From Trypanosoma brucei (lineage: Eukaryota), in the NCBI GenBank assembly GCA_000002445.1, contig CM000208.1, forward strand, positions 2,048,001 through 2,112,000: 64,000 nucleotides of DNA. The letters run 5' to 3'. Within the stretch, counting starts at the first letter, position 1, and every line of letters starts with the position of its first letter. Of this stretch, positions 52,791 to 63,868 are shown one piece after another. The translations under genes and the position numbers were made by a program. Below the pieces are notes generated by a model, which was given only the letters and a program-made list of their open reading frames with translations, was not told the DNA's origin and did not search any database.

Positions 52791-53173
52791 AGGGGGTTCA
52801 GGGGAGACTAAACGAATGACGAAAGAATGTCTAATAAGTATTTTCTAGTTTAAAGGTCAAGTTCTGCTGGACTGAGTGAAGTGAATGGAGTAAAATAAAT
52901 GTTTCATTCTTTTTTGGGTACTAGGAGGTCCTCTTTAGTTGTTTTATTGCCGATTTCGGTGCTTCTGCCCTTTGCACAGTTGTTGAACATGGTATCATGG
53001 TCTCTGACGCGTACTGTTTTCGGTTATGCTTAGGAACACTTTTCAACGCGGACGACGGGTGTGCAACCTGCGAACCGGCTTTGTTATTACTACCACCGTC
53101 TTGTGGTCCCATGCCTCTTTCCCTTTATTCTTTTTACCCGTAAATCCTATAGAGCTGCTCTGCGAGGCAAGCG

Positions 53174-54274
53174 ATGTCGACCGAGGTTGTTCACAGGAAG
53201 CTTAATAAGTACGAGTGGGTGGAAGCCGCTCCGGGGAAGGGCGCAAGTCCCAGACAAAACGGCATGATCAAGGAACTTTTGGGTTCCGCTGCTGCGTGCA
53301 CTGAGAAAAAATTCTACCTTTGTGGGGGTTTTGACCTTAAGGCCAGACGAAGTGTTTCGCAGGTTGTTGAGATGGATGTCGCTACAAAGCAGTGGTCTTG
53401 TGGCGTTCCTTTACCCGAAAGGGTGCGTGACGCAGCGGCCGTTGCGTTTGGGGACTGTTGTCTTGTTTTTGGTGGATGGAATGACGAAACATATACTGAC
53501 AACCTGTGGTTTTTTGCACCCAAACCTTCAGATCCTGCGGTAACCCCTCCTCCGGGGAGCAAGGAGCCGGTTAGTTGTGCTTGGTCGTTAATACCTCCTG
53601 TCGGTGCAGCTCCTTCGGCACGCACTTCACATAACATGGTGTTGGGTATGCTTAGTGGAAGTGACGATGCTGCACCCACCTCCGTTGTTTATTTGTTTGG
53701 GGGTTTTGATGGCGCAAAGCGACTAAATGATGTTTGGCGGCTGCGGATTGGCCCACTGATGGAAAAGAATGAGGCGGAATGGGAAATAGTGGAGACCAAG
53801 GTTGGAGTGCCACCGGTACCACGTGATGCTGCCGCGGTCGCTTTCGATGCAGCCGGTGAGCGTTTGATTGTGTTTGGTGGATTCGCTTCATTCCTGCAGA
53901 ACGATTTGTATATTTTTACTCTGCGGGGAGGTGTAAATACATGGACCTCCCAAGCGTGCCTATCTGTCCCAACGCGGCGCCAGGGCTGTGTGGCTGCGGT
54001 GTCAGGTGGATATTTCGTCGTGTGCCTTGGGGGAGATGAGCGTGGCCCGCTTCCACAGGTTCTTCAGTTGTCGCTGGCCGATTTCAGGTGGGCGCAACTG
54101 TCGCTAGAGCGTGAGGATCTCTCTGGCCGTGGTGGCGCAGTGGGGTGTGTAAGTGAGAAGGGGCGGCGCATTATGCTCTTTGGTGGCGGCATTCCACCGA
54201 AGTTGAACACATCGCTTCTGGAGCTGGAGCTTGAAAAGCCGGATGCGGGGGGTTCCCGAAAGAAAGGTGGATAG
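53174..54274 (+). CDS. Kelch-repeat (galactose oxidase/kelch beta-propeller) protein
   Basis: Repeated blades with a hydrophobic run + GG + W pattern: FYLCGGFD…WSCGVPLPERVRDAAAVAFGDCCLVFGGWN…VYLFGGFDGAKRLNDVWRL…ERLIVFGGFAS…GYFVVCLGGDE…RIMLFGGG. Confidence 0.7.
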   Translation: MSTEVVHRKLNKYEWVEAAPGKGASPRQNGMIKELLGSAAACTEKKFYLCGGFDLKARRSVSQVVEMDVATKQWSCGVPLPERVRDAAAVAFGDCCLVFGGWNDETYTDNLWFFAPKPSDPAVTPPPGSKEPVSCAWSLIPPVGAAPSARTSHNMVLGMLSGSDDAAPTSVVYLFGGFDGAKRLNDVWRLRIGPLMEKNEAEWEIVETKVGVPPVPRDAAAVAFDAAGERLIVFGGFASFLQNDLYIFTLRGGVNTWTSQACLSVPTRRQGCVAAVSGGYFVVCLGGDERGPLPQVLQLSLADFRWAQLSLEREDLSGRGGAVGCVSEKGRRIMLFGGGIPPKLNTSLLELELEKPDAGGSRKKGG

Positions 54275-54716
54275 CGCAGATGAACAGGTTTCGTGGAGCG
54301 CTGCTCTTGTTGTAGAGTTGTGCTGATGACAATAAAGTTTTTGTTTTTTTTTTCGAATGTAGCTGTGCGCACCCTCACGCTTCCCCTCAGGGAATTCCTC
54401 AGTGCTTTCCGCCACTGCTGTGGCCCTATGTACCATTCATGGCGAATAATGATAGTAAAAGTTATTGTGTAGTGATGAGCAGCGGCGTTTGCTTGAGCTT
54501 TTCCCTAAGGTGGAGCATGCTGGTCCTGTTCTGCACCGAGGATGCGCCGTTTGACCGATGGGTGCTCCTTTTTTTTTTTTTTTGGGAGCCACCACCTTTT
54601 AACGCTAATTACAACACCTCTTTTTCTCTACTCCCCCTTTCTTTTTTCTTATGTTGTAATGTGTTTGAGCAGCCGCAATCATCGTCCTGTGGTTTAAGAG
54701 CGACACCTGTTAGCGA

Positions 54717-55730
54717 ATGTCGGACCGCCTTAGAGGTGACAGAAAGAGGGGTGTTGCCTCCGATGATGAGGATGTCGGTGACAAACCCGCCTTTGCTGAC
54801 GCTGAGACAATGGCCCAACGTCGAATCGTGCGTGTTGTTCGGACCACACCTGCGGGACCCCCGCCGTCACTGGGTGGGATATTCAAATCACTTCCCAGCG
54901 CACTACCGACAGGTACCCCACCGTTGGTGACGAAGTTTGGGTCTGTAGCGAGTGGTAGCGCCAGCAGCAGCGGGATATCACCACCGCCACTCAACGGTGC
55001 GTTTCCGTTCATTCCAAAGCCCACGGAGGGGGCAGCACCGGCGTTTGCAATGCCGAAGGTGAACGCAATGACTGCAACTGACTTTTCTTCTACCGCAGCC
55101 GGTACGATAACAAATACCGGCGACGGGAATAAGACTGATACAAAGCCCGAAGTTGGTGGTGGGTTAGCGGGGACTGGGTCACTCTTTGGAGGAGCACACA
55201 GCTTTGGCAACGCAGTCAATTCATTTGTTGCTGCAAAGGAAAGGTTAGCCAAGGCTGCGGAGGAGACTGACGATAAGGGAGCCACCGTTGATTCCCCTGT
55301 TTCCCCAACTCCGGGGGATGCACTCGCCAACGCTGACCCCGTTTCAGTCGCGACGGGTGAAGTTGTCGCCACTATCCCTTCGAAGCTCTACTTGTTCAAA
55401 TCGGATACAAAAAGTTGGTCGGATTGCGGCGTCGGGGAGGCGAAGATTAAGAAGCATGAGTCTAACGGTGGTGAGGACAAATCGGGTGGCTCACCAAAGT
55501 ATTTCTATCGACTTATTGTTCGCGATGGATATGCTTTGAATACACCGCTCTCAAAAAATTTCATTCTCACGAAATCAGAAGACACACACGCCACGTTTTC
55601 GTTCCCTGTAGGTACCAAGGTGGTAACCTATTTATTAAAATACACGGGAGCGAATGCTGCCGAATGTGGCCCAGCATTTTCTAAAGCCCTTAAAGAAACA
55701 CTGAAACTCGCACAGGAGCAGTCTAAGTGA
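54717..55730 (+). CDS. FG-repeat protein with a C-terminal Ran-binding domain (Nup50/Nup2/RanBP-like)
   Basis: Basic N-terminus (MSDRLRGDRKRGVASDDED). The central region is low-complexity and Ser/Gly/Pro/Ala-rich with FG or F-x motifs (SLFGGAHSFGNAVNSF, GAFPFIP, PAFAMP). The C-terminal ~120 aa (…TIPSKLYLFKSDTKSWSDCGVGEAKIKKHESNG…YFYRLIVRDGYALNTPLSKNFILTKSED…TF) fits the RanBD fold pattern. Confidence 0.6.
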   Translation: MSDRLRGDRKRGVASDDEDVGDKPAFADAETMAQRRIVRVVRTTPAGPPPSLGGIFKSLPSALPTGTPPLVTKFGSVASGSASSSGISPPPLNGAFPFIPKPTEGAAPAFAMPKVNAMTATDFSSTAAGTITNTGDGNKTDTKPEVGGGLAGTGSLFGGAHSFGNAVNSFVAAKERLAKAAEETDDKGATVDSPVSPTPGDALANADPVSVATGEVVATIPSKLYLFKSDTKSWSDCGVGEAKIKKHESNGGEDKSGGSPKYFYRLIVRDGYALNTPLSKNFILTKSEDTHATFSFPVGTKVVTYLLKYTGANAAECGPAFSKALKETLKLAQEQSK

Positions 55731-56393
55731 TTAGTGTGTAAGCAATTGGGGTTGTTCCAACGCGGATGCAAACAAGAGCGTGCACAACAGAATGAATCAG
55801 GAGGCATATGTGGCTTTTTGGTTGAAGGGGAATCGTGAATGTACGTTTTTTGTGATCGTGTATTGAATGCTAATGCGAACCTCGTCCAGTTTCGGTAATG
55901 TGCATTGAATTATACAGCTGAGAGTGGCACCAACCGCACCTTTTCCTCCCTTTTGTGTCTTCTGCCACCACCGCTACTACTGTTGGTGCTCTCTGCAACG
56001 GCTGGAAATTGGTTATGTGGTGCTACGTCACCTGCAACCCCAGTAGCATTTTATTGTTCTTGTTTTTAAAGCTCATTCACCTTTAAAAAAAAAAATTACC
56101 ATCTTTTTCTTTCATATCTTCTTGCGATAGGACTTGTAGACCTACTGTCCTCCGAAGGTAAAACCGTTGCAGCACGACAGTGGAAGAGCTGCGCGTGGGC
56201 GTGCGAAAGGAAAGGAGGTCACCGCTGTTCATTTTAATTTTTGCGCTTATTTTTGTGGCAAGTTGAGAGACAAGGTGGAAATAGTATTTGAAGAAAGACA
56301 TTCGTATAGAGTGTTCAGGTCAGGCCCCGCCTTCCACAAGTTTTTCGCAAGGTAGCAGGCAAAAGCTGTAAGGTGATTTGATAAGGACCCCCA

Positions 56394-57125
56394 GTGGAGA
56401 TGGATAGGGCCTCGGAACTTATGGATGAGTTCTTCAAAAAGGACCCTGATATACGGCGGATGCTTTCACCTTGTTTGGACGAGCTACACGGACTCGATGA
56501 TGCTATTCGACGGGTCGGCCATAAGCACAGTCTCGACCCAAACAACCAAGATGTCACCTTTGAATATGCAACCGTTCTGATATCCCATACACGGAACTCT
56601 TACGTGGAATCGGGTGTCCGGCTCATGGAGTCGCTTGCTTTTGCTCTATGGCAGAGGCGATGGGGAGGGCCAACCCACGCGCAACTCCAGCAAGCATGCA
56701 AAATTGAAGAACCATTACCAGCTGACGGCAGTGCTGCCCCTGCTTCTCCGAATTTGCAACAGCTTGTTTCTTCGGAGGAGGGGAGGGAAGGGCAGCAAAT
56801 GAACGGAGATGTGGTTTCACGGAACGGTAAATACGGTCAGAGAGGGTGCGAGAACCCCACCCGATGCTCGAAGGATACCTTAGAAAGCGATCTTGTGATT
56901 TTTCACTACTATTTAGCAGTGGGGTGGATCAAACTGAAGAAATATGATAATGCTTTGTCGTCTTTGAATCGGATGTTAGAGCTGAAGCCAGGCCACCCTC
57001 AAGGAATCGCGCTCAAGCAATACGTTGAAGCAGTCTCACGGCAGACGATAACAGTTGCCGGGCTAGCAGGTATTGCTGCCATTTCTGTTGCAGCAACGGT
57101 CCTCATGGCTTTCCGACGGTCGTAA
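56394..57125 (+). CDS. FIS1: Mitochondrial fission protein Fis1 (TPR-like, tail-anchored)
   Basis: …FEYATVLISHTRNSYVESGVRLME…LVIFHYYLAVGWIKLKKYDNALSSLNRMLELKPGHPQGIALKQYVE…, followed by a single C-terminal TM (TITVAGLAGIAAISVAATVLMAF) and a short basic tail (RRS). The characteristic Fis1 'YYLAVG.YKL..Y..AL' signature is present. Confidence 0.75.
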   Translation: MEMDRASELMDEFFKKDPDIRRMLSPCLDELHGLDDAIRRVGHKHSLDPNNQDVTFEYATVLISHTRNSYVESGVRLMESLAFALWQRRWGGPTHAQLQQACKIEEPLPADGSAAPASPNLQQLVSSEEGREGQQMNGDVVSRNGKYGQRGCENPTRCSKDTLESDLVIFHYYLAVGWIKLKKYDNALSSLNRMLELKPGHPQGIALKQYVEAVSRQTITVAGLAGIAAISVAATVLMAFRRS

Positions 57126-57746
57126 TAGTTCAGTTCGTTAACAATTCTTTCGAGAGTTAAAGTGCCTAGGTTGGCCGTATTTCGTAGTTAAATTTTCGGA
57201 AGTTACAATAGCGGTAATGCAAATGCATGGGGAATAGTTTTATGCTGAAGTCTTTCCTGATTGTATATATATGTATTTATGTGCGCGCATACGTGTCGAG
57301 TACTTAGTTTCGTTTCTGCTATACACACGGGATCGTGGTACAGTGTTTTCCTTTGTTGTTTGTAAGAGTGATTCTTCCCATTCATCAGACTCCAAGAACT
57401 CGAGAAGGCTGCGGAAAATGACGTTTTTAGAAGGCTACTGATAGGTTTTTTTTGTTCATATGGTAAATTACAGTGGCAGGCCCCGACTTTGTGGGCGGGG
57501 GTGGGTGGGGAGGGGGTTTGATGCATTTTGTTCCACTGTGTGTCTCCCTTCATTTGCGTTTGCTATAACCTTCAAGAACCAGGCTGTGGGCAACCGTGCA
57601 CTCACCAGTGGTGGGTAGCGGGGTGACGTGTTCAGGCAGTAGAGACTTACCGAAAGACGGTAACGCTGCCTCGCTCTGTTTTATTTTCTCTCTTGAACAC
57701 GTGCCCGTGGCACCCCCAGACTCTATAGTGAGAAATATTTTGATAT

Positions 57747-58172
57747 TTGCGCTCCATGCTGCGCCTCATTGCATCGGTGCGGGCTTCCTGGTTCTTGCCT
57801 CAGATGGCTCTTCTTGGTGCTGTGCGGTGGGGAGGAGGGAAGGCCCTTAGGCCGCCGGTCCGGAGGGCCAGGGAGGGTGCGCCAACGGCAACCCGCAAGG
57901 CAGCGCTTCCTTCGGGATTAAAAGGCGTTTCAACTGCTATGTCCGTCCATCGGGCGACTAGAAGTAGACCCAGGACTCCAGTCGTTGTAAATGAGGAAAA
58001 CAAGAGGAAGAAAGGGGGGCGGCCCACCGCCCATGTGCGTAGCAGTTCGAAGGATAGTGAAAAGCGTGTAGTGACACGAAAAGGGCCAACACACACTCAT
58101 GCAATGCAAAAGATTAAATACAACAAACGTGTAGCGGCGATAGCGAAGCTTTGGCGTTTGCAGAAAAGGTGA
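57747..58172 (+). CDS. Possible small basic protein with an AT-hook-like motif (KRKKGGRPT); weakly supported ORF
   Basis: 141-aa same-strand ORF in an otherwise 1.8-kb gap. It is very Arg/Lys-rich and contains a GRP core flanked by basic residues. It could be non-coding. Confidence 0.25.
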   Translation: MRSMLRLIASVRASWFLPQMALLGAVRWGGGKALRPPVRRAREGAPTATRKAALPSGLKGVSTAMSVHRATRSRPRTPVVVNEENKRKKGGRPTAHVRSSSKDSEKRVVTRKGPTHTHAMQKIKYNKRVAAIAKLWRLQKR

Positions 58173-58928
58173 CTTCCTGGGTCTTTCGCGAGGAAGTTCG
58201 TTACACAGCCTGGTGGGTAGGGACTCGACGTAAGTGCGAAGGGAAATACCTCCCTCATCCAAATAAATGACTGCGAAGGTGATGAAGCGGTGGGAACCTA
58301 GTGCGTAACGGCGGGTGCTGTCGTTTTTACCCTCGTATTGTTTGGTGCTCTTCACATGCTTTCAACAAATTGGCAGCCGTTAATGGCTGATGTGTCACAA
58401 CAGCATTCACCGTAGCCCCGTTCTGTGAGGCTGTCGCTACCGGCCTGAGTTTAGGAGGCTCAACATTCGTGATGTAAATGTCATTCATTTTCTTAATTAA
58501 ACCATACTTTGCCATTTTCATATCATGGAGCTGAAGGTCTGCTTGATCCCGGACGAGGGATTTATGTGGTTTCATATTGTTGTACGTGTGGCTCTTCTAT
58601 GGTTTTATTACAGTGTCAGTGTCATCGTTTTGTTGTATGTCTTCGATGTTTCACGCTTGTTTTTTTTTGAATTGTTGTGGTGTTCTTCTTCATCCGACCG
58701 AGGAACGGTTAGTTACCCCACCTGCAGGTATTTTTTGTTTTCCCCTTCTCTGGTATGATTCATCTTCTTTGTCTTACTGTTCTCATTCTTCTCGCTTTTT
58801 CGTGTATGACAATACACATTTGTACATTCGAGGTGACTACCCCTGGGACCCGCGAAAAGTATTTGAACGGACAAAGGCACGCTTAATTTCAGGTTGATAG
58901 GTGCAGAAAAATATTTGCTGGTTAATGT

Positions 58929-60269
58929 ATGACTTTTGAGCAATGCTCTGGATCGCGGTGCGGGTCTTCGGATTTTTTTTACGTTTGCAAAAGTGAGGCA
59001 GAGAACCGCCTCCGGGACTTTCTTAGCCAACTAGTGGAGGGCGTTCGCAGTGAGGAAGCCCTTTTTCGGGCGACGTGCGGCCCTCGTGTGGCGTGGAACC
59101 CGTACAGACCCGCGCGTGGTGAACATATTCGCCAAGGTGTACTGAACAGTGAGATTTATGAATGGCGCTCAAGGGTGCCAGAAGATTCTCTCGCCTTGGT
59201 GGGAAACCCGCTAGTGATGAAGGAATCATTTAATCATAGTTTAGCCACCGGGTGCCAGCGGACGGGCGGTTTGGAACGAGTTACAGAGATTTGTGAAAGT
59301 TTGGTATGCGAACCCTCTGAAACTAATGTAGAGGCTAGGACTAAGGCGCACACTAGTCTTACTTCGTTTGAAGATGACGGTGTCACGAGAGAGTTTACAA
59401 TTAGTGATAGTTGTCCGGTGATTTATAATGAGGACGTGCTCAGACGAGTTGTGGCTGGAGTTTTCGATGTGCTATGGCGGACGGTTGCGGTACCGTGGAT
59501 TAATGAGCAGTACGATGGACAATCATCCCCTTTTCATGAGAAGGCGCCGGTGGCTCAACACACGGCGCCATTTACCCCGGTGCGGGCTCGTAATGAAGAA
59601 CATAGCAAACATATACTTCAGGGTGGACAAGAGCTGCAACCGCAGCATCCCCGTAGATGGCAGCATCGCCAGATCACTTCTGACACCACCCGCAAACCCC
59701 CACCACCACAACAGGGATTGACAATAGTTCCTGGTGTTACTCCCTTGCGTGGGTTGCCAGCGCTTTCGGTGCAGCGTGATGTGCATTCTGTCAGTCCAGG
59801 CGATTATCGTCGCGCCGTCACGCATCTTGAGGTTCACACGGGGGAGAGGCACGACCAGTTGGGGTTGGCTGGTAAATCGGATGCTTACTTAGCCAAAGAT
59901 CCTGGTGGTACAAAGCAACATCGAGGGTCTTCCTGCGTGTTGAAGTTGCGCCGGGAGGATTCAAAAGGTAAGATAGAGATGGTCCATCCTGCCTCTGGGA
60001 ATCCTGTTTGTCCAAAGCAGTCACCTTCGTCTAGGCAGCTGTCTCCCCAGGATATTCGGTATTCTTTCGACGATATTACCTCTGCCCAGAGACTAACCTC
60101 GAGGTTAACGCAAACACTGTGTGGTGATAGAGTCGGCACTGGTGTTCGTGGTGACATCTCGTCCCGTCTGGGGCGTTGTCATCGGCTTGCTCCGGTACTC
60201 ATCGGTGTGAAGCAACCACCGCAACCCAATCATTTTCCTTCCCCAAGGCGGTTGCAGCGGCAACCGTAA
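58929..60269 (+). CDS. Hypothetical protein, 446 aa (Pro/Gln/Arg-rich C-terminal half)
   Basis: Long same-strand ORF with no recognised domain. Confidence 0.4.
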   Translation: MTFEQCSGSRCGSSDFFYVCKSEAENRLRDFLSQLVEGVRSEEALFRATCGPRVAWNPYRPARGEHIRQGVLNSEIYEWRSRVPEDSLALVGNPLVMKESFNHSLATGCQRTGGLERVTEICESLVCEPSETNVEARTKAHTSLTSFEDDGVTREFTISDSCPVIYNEDVLRRVVAGVFDVLWRTVAVPWINEQYDGQSSPFHEKAPVAQHTAPFTPVRARNEEHSKHILQGGQELQPQHPRRWQHRQITSDTTRKPPPPQQGLTIVPGVTPLRGLPALSVQRDVHSVSPGDYRRAVTHLEVHTGERHDQLGLAGKSDAYLAKDPGGTKQHRGSSCVLKLRREDSKGKIEMVHPASGNPVCPKQSPSSRQLSPQDIRYSFDDITSAQRLTSRLTQTLCGDRVGTGVRGDISSRLGRCHRLAPVLIGVKQPPQPNHFPSPRRLQRQP

Positions 60270-61896
60270 AAATTCTCTGGATGTGTGTGTGTGTTTGGTA
60301 ATAGGGGGGGTTGAAGTTGGTCGCCTTAACTCAAGTTTTCGGTTTTCTTATATTTACGTCCCCCGCAGTGTGACGTTTCGCCTTACCACATGATAGGTTT
60401 TTCTGAGAGGGACATTTGTATAATGTTGCGGTGACGGGAATGCTTTTTTTTTTTTACTATCATTGCAGTACTCGTGTTTTTGCGTAGGTGGTGTAGAGCT
60501 CTACTACTTCTGAGTGGCGGCCCTTTTTTTTTTGTGGAGCGGAGGTGCCATGGAGTGCTGCGATCGCTCCGTCTCGAATCATAGAAAGCTTTATGCAGAC
60601 GCGGCTCTGATTACTTTGTTTAATATATGATGGGAGTCCTTCCGTGCCATTGCCGTTGGAGTTATGAACAAGTTTTCGCTTTTTCGTGCTTGTAGTAACG
60701 GCGGAGCGTATTGACAGCTATTGGGTGAGTCAGACGAACTCTCGGACTTCACTGGGGTCTTCATAGGCCGCCATTCTCATTTAGGTGCCCGTTTGTTGAA
60801 ATTAACGGTACATGGGATACGGGCTGTAACCACACTTTATAAAGCTACATTGGGTTGCTTGTGTGTTACGGTTGAAGGTTCAGGGTTTATTCACCGTTTG
60901 ACCACGACTCTCTGTCGGTTCTTTTTGATCGTTTTTTTTATATTTATTTATTTCCCTCCTCTGATATGGGGTTGTGAGGGCTACATGTTTCATATTCGTC
61001 TGCCTGTTTCAACTTCACAGCACACTGGTGTCATCCAGTTGTATACGATGCTTGTAGTCTCGAAGGGGTGCGTGTGTGCGTGTTTATGTATGTGTGCGGG
61101 GCATGCTATTTTACTGTTTGTGATAGACTGAAGTGTGTAGTTGTGGAGTGGCAGCCAATTTGGTCAGCTGTTTGCGGCCCGTTGAGAAGTGATGTCCAAC
61201 GTAACGAACTCTCGGCGCTGTTGGTAAAGACAAAAGAGGCGCAAGTGACACAATTCGTTGTTATTGTTTCCCCCCTTCTTCACTGCTGACCAGCATGTGG
61301 AGTGGTCTCACGCCAAGCGGTCTTTAATCTCCTTTTGGTTGTTATCGTAGAAAGAAAACCGCAGTTTGATGTTACTGTCTTTGGCCGTGGTGTTAAACAT
61401 ATGACCATTCGGACCTCCTTTAACGATGAGATTCATTCAATTGTTTATGGGAAATGGGTGTATGTACATAAACCCTGCGTGTCGTACCCTCAGCAGCTCG
61501 TTTTGCCGTGAAGTAGAATGTGCCGAAGGGTCGTGCCTGTTGCACAACGGATTCCTCTTTTTTCTTCTTCATTTTCCGCGTTTGCTACGTGGATTGTGCT
61601 TCATTCCCGTGGATTTTTATCCTGCGGCCTTTTACTGTTTGTGGCTGCAACAATACTGACCGGACTGTGTCATTCGTTATTTGCATCACCCTTGTGTAAC
61701 GAACCAATCTTATGGCAGGGTATTTTTGCCCCCTTACGTGCAATTAATCACTCTTTTCTAATGTATATTTTGCCATTGGGACAATTCCACATGTGCGCAC
61801 ATGTTCCTCTGCCTCTTTTACTTATGGAGCAGAAACAAGGGAAGGGCGTGGCGGGCGTTAGGTGTCGAGTGGACTTGAAAAAAAAAACAACTCTTT

Positions 61897-62907
61897 ATGC
61901 CGCCACAGAGGCAATGCAGCCACTGTGAAAAGGAGAAGGCCGTATTGAAAAGGCCTAGAAATGGGAAGCTGTTGTGCCAGCGCTGTTTTTTCAACTTATT
62001 TGAGGCTGAGGTACACGAAACAATAATGAAGGAGAAATTGTTTAAGCCCGGGGACATTGTTGCGTGTGGTGCGAGTGGTGGGAAGGACAGCACCGTGCTT
62101 ATTCACCTAATGAAACTCCTGAATGAGCAGCACGAGTATGGGATTCAGCTGTTATTACTGAGCATCGACGAGGGAATTGCCGGCTACCGTGACGATAGCC
62201 TCAAAACTGTTCATCGCAATGCAGAGGTGTACAATCTCCCACTACGTGTGTTATCGTACAAGGAGCTGTACGGCTGGACGATGGATGAGGTGGTGAAGGT
62301 TACGGGTTTACGTAGCAGTTGTACGTATTGTGGTGTGTTTCGCCGTCAAGCACTTGACCGGGGCGCAGCAATGCTGGGGGCGACAAAGGTGGTGACTGGC
62401 CACAACGCTGACGACTTGGCTGAGACGATTTTGATGAACATTTTACGTGGGGATCTTCCACGTTTGTCGCGGTGCACGAGTGCTATCACCTCGGGGGAAA
62501 GTCTTCTCCCACGCGTGAAACCGCTTAAGTACGCTTATGAAAAGGAGATTGTACTGTACGCACACTTCAAGAAGTTGGACTACTTCACCACTGAGTGCAC
62601 GTACAGTAAGGAGGCCTTCCGCAGTGAGGCGCGTACGCTTCTGAAGAATATCGAAATTCTACAACCGCGTTGCATTTTGGACACCATTCGCACCGGAGAA
62701 CAACTTCGTGTGAAGGAGCAAGAGTGTGCCACAGAGAATCCACCGAGTGCCTGTACAAGATGCGGGTATGTCACGAGCCAGTCGCTGTGTCGTGCTTGCG
62801 TGTTACTGCAAGGACTAAATATGAATGGGCCAGCGGTGTGCGTACGCGAGCAACCGCAACCGCAGCAACAACAACAACAGCAAAATGTGGAGGTAGAGGG
62901 ACAATAA
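61897..62907 (+). CDS. CTU1: Cytoplasmic tRNA 2-thiolation protein 1 (CTU1/NCS6/ATPBD3), PP-loop ATP pyrophosphatase, with a C-terminal poly-Gln tail
   Basis: PP-loop SGGKDS in [19 protein letters not shown]-terminal Cys cluster [25 protein letters not shown] (cf. CTU1 C-x2-C…C-x2-CF). Also [15 protein letters not shown] and C-terminal C-x2-C…C-x2-C ([16 protein letters not shown]). Ends [18 protein letters not shown]. Confidence 0.85.
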   Translation: MPPQRQCSHCEKEKAVLKRPRNGKLLCQRCFFNLFEAEVHETIMKEKLFKPGDIVACGASGGKDSTVLIHLMKLLNEQHEYGIQLLLLSIDEGIAGYRDDSLKTVHRNAEVYNLPLRVLSYKELYGWTMDEVVKVTGLRSSCTYCGVFRRQALDRGAAMLGATKVVTGHNADDLAETILMNILRGDLPRLSRCTSAITSGESLLPRVKPLKYAYEKEIVLYAHFKKLDYFTTECTYSKEAFRSEARTLLKNIEILQPRCILDTIRTGEQLRVKEQECATENPPSACTRCGYVTSQSLCRACVLLQGLNMNGPAVCVREQPQPQQQQQQQNVEVEGQ

Positions 62908-63822
62908 CGGGCCAAGCGGAGATGAAGTCTTTAGGTCCGGAGGGATCATACGAATCGAGCCGCTTTCCCACGCTAACGGAACCGTGTGATGTTAGCATAA
63001 CCCGTTGTTTTCTTTATTTTCTGTTTATACAGCGTGCTGACTGGAAGTTGAACTACTGTTGGTAATGAAGGAAGGGAGGGTGAAGGAGATATGTGGCTCA
63101 GTGACCTTCGTTTGTCCACCTTGGCGGAATGTTTTCAACTGCAATGATGGGCGAATTGTTGCGTGCGTGTGGAGTGGTCTGCGAGAGGTTGTGAAGGGGT
63201 TTCCACGCCATTTCTATTTTGCGCCCTTTTCTTCTACGCCGTGCCCTACCCTAAGACATCGGAAGGAGTAGATGACATGTCAGTTCTACATCTCGCTTTA
63301 ACCGGGTTTAACACTTAGTTGCATTTGCTGCGTCAGGCTCCGTATCAAGGTGATTCTTATGTGTGTTGTGTCTCGAGTGGAAAGAGACTAACCCTTCCGG
63401 GCAAGTGCGCAGTTGAGTAGGGGGTGACATGAGAGGTGGCCCGTTGGAAACCTGCGTTGGGGGTTAAGTTGCTTCCACTTATTTGTTTCACTTTGTTTAA
63501 TAGCTTCTTAACCTATTCAACCCTTTTCCACCGGATGATAAGTTGCCACGGTGATGAGGCGGTTTCCCATCACTGTTTGATTTGTGGTGGTGTGTCGTTT
63601 ATCGATCATGGATTTCATCCTTTTTTTTTGCGTTTCTTTTCGGTTATATTGTCTGCTGCTGTAGTTACCCTCAATCTTCTTTTTCATTTTTCTTTCTCTC
63701 TCCTTGCCGTTGGCATTGCCTCTGCGAAGGAGACTAGGGAAAACAAGGGAGGGGCAATTTTTTTGGTCTGGGGAGGGCCAACTTTCCCTACCTTACCGTT
63801 ACCAGTCACCAAAGCGTGCTCC

Positions 63823-63868
63823 TGTGTGTGTGTGTGTTTGTGTTTGTGTTTGTGTTTGTGTTTGTTTA
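63823..63868. repeat. Compound (TG)n/(TGTT)n microsatellite
   Basis: tgtgtgtgtgtgtgtgtttgtgtttgtgtttgtgtttgtgtttgttt read directly. Confidence 0.9.

Noticed and set aside
54710-55372. 220-aa minus-strand ORF (Ala/Ser/Pro/Gly-rich)
   Set aside because: Antisense to the low-complexity FG region of the RanBD protein. Low-complexity sequence on one strand generates stop-free antisense frames.
60721-61928. Two 136-aa + strand ORFs in the 1.6-kb gap before CTU1
   Set aside because: T-rich and low-complexity. They overlap likely splice-acceptor polypyrimidine sequence and have no motifs. Kept as intergenic.
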